Shown here: positions 58,852-64,000 of the stretch, piece by piece
Position numbering within the stretch: position 1 is the stretch's first letter
Layout of the letters: each line of letters starts with the position of its first letter
Assembly: GCA_040905565.1 (NCBI GenBank)
Contig: JBBDRF010000012.1
Location: 119,966-183,965 of the forward strand
Origin: Phycisphaeraceae bacterium
GTDB lineage: Bacteria; Planctomycetota; Phycisphaerae; Phycisphaerales; Zrk34
DNA: 64,000 nucleotides
Direction of reading: 5' to 3'
Made by a program: the position numbers and the translations under genes
Notes under the pieces: model-generated
Database searches by the model: none
Told to the model about the DNA's origin: nothing
The model's input: only the letters and a program-made list of their open reading frames with translations

Positions 58852-59865
58852 TCAGGGTGAGGCTGGAAACGAGTCCAGAAAGAACTGTTTGAGTGTGCCA
58901 TCATAACGGGCTTCGGCTAAGAACTCGTTGCCGACCTGATCGCCCCACGAGTAATAGATGACCAGTTCGCCGTCGAACTCGCAGAAGTCCACGTCGGAGT
59001 TGTTACGATCGAGGGCGTTGCTGATTTCGTCCTTTTCGTCGGCCGTCACGTTCGGATTCGCGATTTGCTTGTCCTCCGGCGAACACTTCATAATTGGGTT
59101 CAGTTGGCTTGCTTCCCAGTCGATGAGATTGGTCGATCGGACGATGTGCGTCTCGAAGTGATAGCCGGGCTGAGGATGCAGATACGTCATGTAGAACATA
59201 CCGTCGATGTAACGGATGGACGGACAAGCTGAGTAATGTTCTTTGGTGAACACGTGCTCGTCGGACATCAAGGTCCAGTCCTTCAGATCTTTCGACTCAG
59301 CGAATCGCCCTGTAAAGCCGGCACCAACGACCTCCGGCGGGTCGCCGATCTCGATGCCCATCACGTACCGGCCATCCGCCTTGCAGACGGTGGTGTTGTA
59401 GATCGTCCAGCCAGGCAGTTCCAGCGCCGGTTGCGATTCCCACGTCTGCAGGTCGTCCGAGGAGAACACGTAGATGGTGGACGTGCCCCATCCGCGGACG
59501 CCGAAGACGTACATGGTGCCGTCCTCGGTGTAGGCAGAGCCCAGGGCGTGCCCATCGGCGAACGCTGGCGTCGGCTCGCCGGTCTCCACATCAATGAAAC
59601 GGAAGTACGGCTGGTCCCCTTCATTGCCCTTGTAGTCGGGGCGGACTGACTCGAATCGGTACAAGCGATCGTCGAACACAATGGGGGTCGTTTCGACCAT
59701 ATCCAGATCGATCGTCCCCAGCTTCTTGATACCGGGGCCCTGCTTGTCCCCCAGTTCGCGACAGGGTTTCTCCGCAGCGAAAGCAAAACTCGCAGCAATC
59801 AGCACGGTTCCGACACCGACACATTGGAACATGCGACTCGCGAAGATCTTTTGCAGGTACGCCAT
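58852..59865 (-). CDS. Secreted five-bladed beta-propeller glycoside hydrolase-like protein
   Basis: SSDDLQTW, ESKDLKDW and RSTNLIDW repeats; ACPSIRY and NNSDVD. Confidence 0.65.
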   Translation of the reverse strand: MAYLQKIFASRMFQCVGVGTVLIAASFAFAAEKPCRELGDKQGPGIKKLGTIDLDMVETTPIVFDDRLYRFESVRPDYKGNEGDQPYFRFIDVETGEPTPAFADGHALGSAYTEDGTMYVFGVRGWGTSTIYVFSSDDLQTWESQPALELPGWTIYNTTVCKADGRYVMGIEIGDPPEVVGAGFTGRFAESKDLKDWTLMSDEHVFTKEHYSACPSIRYIDGMFYMTYLHPQPGYHFETHIVRSTNLIDWEASQLNPIMKCSPEDKQIANPNVTADEKDEISNALDRNNSDVDFCEFDGELVIYYSWGDQVGNEFLAEARYDGTLKQFFLDSFPASP

Positions 59866-59929
59866 GGGGGCCCTTTCTAGGATTACGAAGGATGAGATTG
59901 TCCTTCAAGGGAGCAGACTTCGGGCCGCT

Positions 59930-59958
59930 ATTATACATTAAATATAATCATCGATCAA
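59930..59958 (-). promoter_or_regulatory. Putative sigma70 promoter overlapped by an AT-rich palindrome
   Basis: Minus strand TTGATC-17 nt-TATAAT; ATTATA-N7-TATAAT inverted repeat at 59930-59948. Confidence 0.65.
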
Positions 59959-60017
59959 GTCGTCGATCGACAGCGGGGGCGACCGCTTTGACGCCGTGAG
60001 CTTCGGCTTTGTCCCCT

Positions 60018-60806
60018 TTAGCCGTCGAATTTCTCGGCGTAGCCGAGTCCCGCACCGCCGTCGGCGCTGATGACCTGACCGGTGATGAAGGAAGCTTCAT
60101 GGGAAGCAAGAAAGGCACAGACCTCGCCGATTTCTTCAGCGGTCGCCATGCGTCCGAGGGGGTGCCAGTAGTCGACCTTCCGCAGCGCTTCTTCGGGGGA
60201 GTATTCGCTTTGCGCCCACTCTTCGACGAGGGGCGTTCTTACGCCTGCGGGGCACACGGCGTTGACACGGACACCGTCCCGCGCCAGATCGATCGCCAGC
60301 GAACGGGTGAGTCCAATCTGCCCAGCTTTGGTCGCGACGTAGCTTGCCGCACCGGCCTGACCCATCAAGGCGACGGCGCTGGACATGATGATGATGTTGC
60401 CGCGCGTCTTCTTGAGATGTTCCACGGCATATTTGCAGCCGAGGAATGTACTGGTGAGGTTCAGTTGCAAAAGCGACTGGAAGGCTTCGAGATCGATCTG
60501 GTCGATCGTCGCGGCAGGGGGGTGCCAGCCGGCATTGTTGAGGATGCAATCCAGTCGCCCGAAGCGGTCAACGGTGACGTTGATGAGGTTACGGATGTCT
60601 GCCTCGACGCGAACGTCGCAGTGCTGAAACATCGCATTGATACCGGCACTGGACAGTTGCGCCTCGGCTTCCCGACCCTCGACGTCGTCGTGCGAGGCGA
60701 TGACCACCGTGCCGCCGTGCCGTCCGAAGACGCGCGCACAGCCCAAGCCGATGCCCCTTGAACCACCGGTAATAATGGCGATCTTGCCCTCGAGTTTCAT
60801 CAGCAT
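60018..60806 (-). CDS. SDR oxidoreductase (L-fucose dehydrogenase-like)
   Basis: TGGSRGIG, NNAGWHPP, YVATK and FITGQ. Confidence 0.85.
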   Translation of the reverse strand: MLMKLEGKIAIITGGSRGIGLGCARVFGRHGGTVVIASHDDVEGREAEAQLSSAGINAMFQHCDVRVEADIRNLINVTVDRFGRLDCILNNAGWHPPAATIDQIDLEAFQSLLQLNLTSTFLGCKYAVEHLKKTRGNIIIMSSAVALMGQAGAASYVATKAGQIGLTRSLAIDLARDGVRVNAVCPAGVRTPLVEEWAQSEYSPEEALRKVDYWHPLGRMATAEEIGEVCAFLASHEASFITGQVISADGGAGLGYAEKFDG

Positions 60807-60830
60807 TGCTTCAGGCGAGAGTTGTCGCGG

Positions 60831-61523
60831 TCACGTCGTTGGCGAGGGGAACATAAGCTGAACGACGTGATTGGCGGTGTTGCGGATATGTTTGCTCATG
60901 GCAGCAGCGGCCTTGTCTGCATCACGCTCGATGAGGGCGTCGAGGATCTCCAAATGATCCTCGATGGCGCGACGTTGAACGTTCAGGCGATTGTGAACAT
61001 ACTGACGCACGGCATGCATCAGCGTGGCGTAGCGTGCCAGTTCATGCCCGAGCCGATCGCTACCGGAATGGAGGCTGACGAGGTTATGCAGCTGCTGATC
61101 GAGCGCCATGGCGCTGTCGGACCAGCCGGGTGCGTCGTCGCTGGCCTCGAGCAGTTGCCGCGATTCGTCTCGCACCCGCTCGAGTTCGTCGTCAGGGATG
61201 CGGCCGCAGGATGCGTGTGTCGCTTCGGCTTCGAGGATTCGCCGGATCTGGTAGATTTCGCGTAACTGTTGGGGGCCGAACGGCCTGCACACAGCGCCAC
61301 GGTTGGGCAGCAGGTCGACGATGCCCGTCGTCTCAAGCTCCACCAGCGCTTCGCGAACGGGCGTCGCGCTGACGCCCAGTTGTTGTGCGAGTTTTTGAAC
61401 GACCAGACGGTCGCCCGCTTTGATTCGGCCTTCGAACACGGCAGCCACGACCTGCGTCACGACATCACTTCGCAAGCCGGTGCCGCGGACAAGTGGCTGA
61501 AGGTTAATTGCTACGTTCGCCAT
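60831..61523 (-). CDS. GntR family regulator (FCD domain)
   Basis: LAQQLGVSATPVREAL, EIYQIRRILE, DQQLH and EDHLEILDAL. Confidence 0.92.
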   Translation of the reverse strand: MANVAINLQPLVRGTGLRSDVVTQVVAAVFEGRIKAGDRLVVQKLAQQLGVSATPVREALVELETTGIVDLLPNRGAVCRPFGPQQLREIYQIRRILEAEATHASCGRIPDDELERVRDESRQLLEASDDAPGWSDSAMALDQQLHNLVSLHSGSDRLGHELARYATLMHAVRQYVHNRLNVQRRAIEDHLEILDALIERDADKAAAAMSKHIRNTANHVVQLMFPSPTT

Positions 61524-61607
61524 GTTTTTTATATTAGATCTAACCATGTTGCTTGTCAACGATTAAGACTCTTTGGTGGAACGAATCGCTGTAGAGATCG
61601 ATGCAGC

Positions 61608-62627
61608 TTATCTTTGTACCATTCTGCGGTGGCGCAGCTGTTCGAGGACGCGCTGGGTGATCTGGTTCACCCGGTCGTCTTTCATGTCGCCCGAGCGAAG
61701 CGCACAGCCTTCTTCCGGCGTGGAGGCGTAGCCGAAGTCGGCGAGGATGCATTGAAGAACGCGTTGGATGGCGGCGCGGTCGGCACGCTGGCTTTCGCTG
61801 GCGGGCTGGCGGCTGGGCCCGAGGTTGAAGCCACGCAGTTCCACCGCGGCACGGATGCCCTCGGGGATGTCGGTGCTGAAGATCATCGCATCGAACAGTT
61901 CGATCATCCGCAGCTGAATCTCTCTCGCCTCGGTGATGCGGCCGGCTTTGCAAAGGTCGAAGATCTTCCGGGTGACCTCCGGCACGACGCCGCTGGTCGC
62001 GTTGGTCCCGCCGTCGCAGCCCATCAGGAGCATCGGCACCAGGGCAGCTTCCCAACCGGTGAGGAAGGCGAAATCCGAACGCATCGGTTGAACCGCTGCC
62101 ATCATGCGGAGCATGAACGCCATGTCGCCTGACGAATCCTTGATCCCCACCACCCGAGGCAGTTCCGCGAGCCGACGCACCGTAGGAACATCGATGGGAC
62201 TTGCGAACATCGGAATGTTGTAGAGCGTGACATCGATCGGGGACTCTTCAGCGATCAACTTGAAATAGGCGTACACCGAATCCGGGCTGAGTTTGTAATA
62301 AAACGGCGAGACAATGGCGACGGCCCGAGCGCCGTATTCGTAGTAACGTTCACACGCTTTGATCGTTTCGCGCGCGTTGGCCTCGGCGGCCCCTGCAAGC
62401 ACAGGCACGCGGCCGGCGGCCTGCTCGCAGACGATGCGCACGATCCGCTGGCGTTCGTCGGCGGTGAAGCGGGTGAACTCGCCGGTCGAGCCGTTGGGGT
62501 AAAGCCCATGCACGCCGCTCTCGATCAACCAGTCGATATACCGCCTGAGCTCCGCTTCGTTGATCGATCCGTCGTGGTGCAGGGGCACCATGTTCGGCGT
62601 GAAAATGCCTGCGAGTTTGTCTGCCAT
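61608..62627 (-). CDS. DHDPS/NAL family aldolase
   Basis: [20 protein letters not shown] and GIKDSSGD. Confidence 0.9.
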   Translation of the reverse strand: MADKLAGIFTPNMVPLHHDGSINEAELRRYIDWLIESGVHGLYPNGSTGEFTRFTADERQRIVRIVCEQAAGRVPVLAGAAEANARETIKACERYYEYGARAVAIVSPFYYKLSPDSVYAYFKLIAEESPIDVTLYNIPMFASPIDVPTVRRLAELPRVVGIKDSSGDMAFMLRMMAAVQPMRSDFAFLTGWEAALVPMLLMGCDGGTNATSGVVPEVTRKIFDLCKAGRITEAREIQLRMIELFDAMIFSTDIPEGIRAAVELRGFNLGPSRQPASESQRADRAAIQRVLQCILADFGYASTPEEGCALRSGDMKDDRVNQITQRVLEQLRHRRMVQR

Positions 62628-62673
62628 TGCGTCACCTGATCCCGTCGATGCTTGGTAGGCGTCATATGCTAGT

Positions 62674-63531
62674 TTAGAGCCTGGGTTCGCTCGGCAGGCG
62701 ATAGAAGCTCTGGGCATTGTCGTGAAAGAGTTTCGTTCGTTCTAGTTCCGAGTAGTTCTGCGTTAGCTTTTCTAGCGTCTCGATCCAGCGTGTTGTTTCG
62801 GAGGCCAGCCGCACCACCGGCCAGTCGCTGCCGAACATCACGCGATCGCTACCGAAGCAAGCCATCACATGCTCGACGTACGGCTTGAGGTCCGCAGCCG
62901 CCCAGTTCTGATGATCGGCTTCAACGACCATCCCCGAAATCTTGCAGGCCACGTTCGGCAGCTTCGCCAGCTCACTCAGATACGTGCGCCAAGGTTCGAA
63001 GATCTGTTTGCGGATGACGGGCTTGGCGATGTGATCGAGAATAAACCGCACGTTCGGGCACTGCTGCACAAGGCTGATCGTCGCAGGCAACTGCGTGTGG
63101 CTGATGCAGAGGTCGAAACTGAGGTTGAACTCGGCCAGCAGCTGCACACCTCGCACGAAGGCCGGCTGCACGCAGAACTCGGGGTCGACTTCGTTCTCAA
63201 TGATGCGCCGAACGCCTTTGACCAGAGGGTGCGCTGCCATCTGCTCAATGTGACCGCGTGCCGCTTCGCCCCGTTCAAGTGGAGCCCACGGCACGATACC
63301 CGTGATGCGCCGATCGCGCTCAGCAATCGAAGATACCCACGCAAGTTCCTCGAAGGGATCAGTACATTCGCATTGAATGAACACCATCTGCTCGACGACA
63401 TGATCGCCGCAATCGCGATCGTAGTCGTCGATGAGATACGGCTTGTTCAGCGCGGGCACACCCTCCAGCCACGGGTACGCGAAGCGGCCGGGGTCCCACA
63501 GATGCAGATGCGTGTCGATGATGGAAGGCAT
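62674..63531 (-). CDS. Amidohydrolase_2, L-fuconolactonase-like
   Basis: [31 protein letters not shown] and MFGSDWPV. Confidence 0.85.
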   Translation of the reverse strand: MPSIIDTHLHLWDPGRFAYPWLEGVPALNKPYLIDDYDRDCGDHVVEQMVFIQCECTDPFEELAWVSSIAERDRRITGIVPWAPLERGEAARGHIEQMAAHPLVKGVRRIIENEVDPEFCVQPAFVRGVQLLAEFNLSFDLCISHTQLPATISLVQQCPNVRFILDHIAKPVIRKQIFEPWRTYLSELAKLPNVACKISGMVVEADHQNWAAADLKPYVEHVMACFGSDRVMFGSDWPVVRLASETTRWIETLEKLTQNYSELERTKLFHDNAQSFYRLPSEPRL

Positions 63532-63547
63532 AGGCAGCTTTGGGGAG

Positions 63548-63950
63548 TTAGGCGAAAGTCCAGTAGAGCATGACCATCAGCGCGACCAGCGTCGCGGAGA
63601 GGGTGCGGGGGTCAGCCATGCGCAGTTCGGGGCCGCCACGCAGTGCTGCGAGGGGTGAGGTCCAACATAGGTCGCGCACCTTTCCTGGTGCCGGGGCGGG
63701 CGTGATGAGTGTGACGCAGGTGAAGATGATCGAGCAGATGACGAACAGCCACCACGCCTGGAGCATGAACGGGATGCCGAGGCCGTCGGTGATCAGATGG
63801 GTGGAACCGATGAGCGGGAAGTCGAACGCGAACGTGGTCGCCCCGAGGATGAATCCGAGGATCAGCGTCGTCAGGGCAGCCTGGTGCGTGCCGCGTGGCC
63901 AGAAGACGCCGAAGAGGAAGACCGCAGTGATCGGCGGGGCGAGGCAGGAG
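63548..63950 (-). CDS. Sodium:solute symporter, C-terminal part
   Basis: Manual translation SCLAPPITAVFLFGVFWPRGT...FMLQAWWLFVIC...VTLITPAP is a typical SSS C-terminus. Confidence 0.75.
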
Positions 63951-64000
63951 CTATAACCGAAAGTCGTGTTTTGGCTGAATGAAAAAAGGCGGCGTACCTT

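Overview
High-GC bacterial chromosome segment, most likely a planctomycete of the class Phycisphaerae. This is inferred from the DUF1501 plus DUF1549/DUF1553 genes, a PVC-type heme-binding protein, a prepilin/H-X9-DG protein and a PTP-type PEP-CTERM-like tail. From left to right it carries: partial dnaX with an upstream SRP RNA whose apical loop is not GNRA; a lone nuoC; a tpiA-secG-yicC-phosphotransferase-PDZ-gap run; and folK. Next is a ~15 kb operon that joins system II cytochrome c maturation to 5-, 4- and 10-heme cytochromes, a putative outer-membrane beta-barrel, a membrane-anchored FNR/2Fe-2S reductase, a cNMP-binding/4x[4Fe-4S] fusion and a His-rich membrane protein. This is a candidate envelope-spanning, nucleotide-regulated electron conduit. 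After it come planctomycete catabolic modules (including a frameshifted prepilin-type gene), nagB-nagA-NRAMP-like genes, a DEAD-box helicase and a peroxiredoxin. A sulfur locus follows, with a SAM-I riboswitch over a thrC-like gene and a MoaD-like sulfur carrier, and then cysH behind its own promoter and an unannotated poly-Cys leader peptide (candidate cysteine attenuator). The window ends with AbgT, a BNR+MoaD pair, apt, an orphan groES, aroA, an MsbA-like ABC transporter and a deoxy-sugar oxidative catabolism cluster whose symporter gene appears interrupted at the edge. All calls come from reading motifs by eye; no database searches were run.
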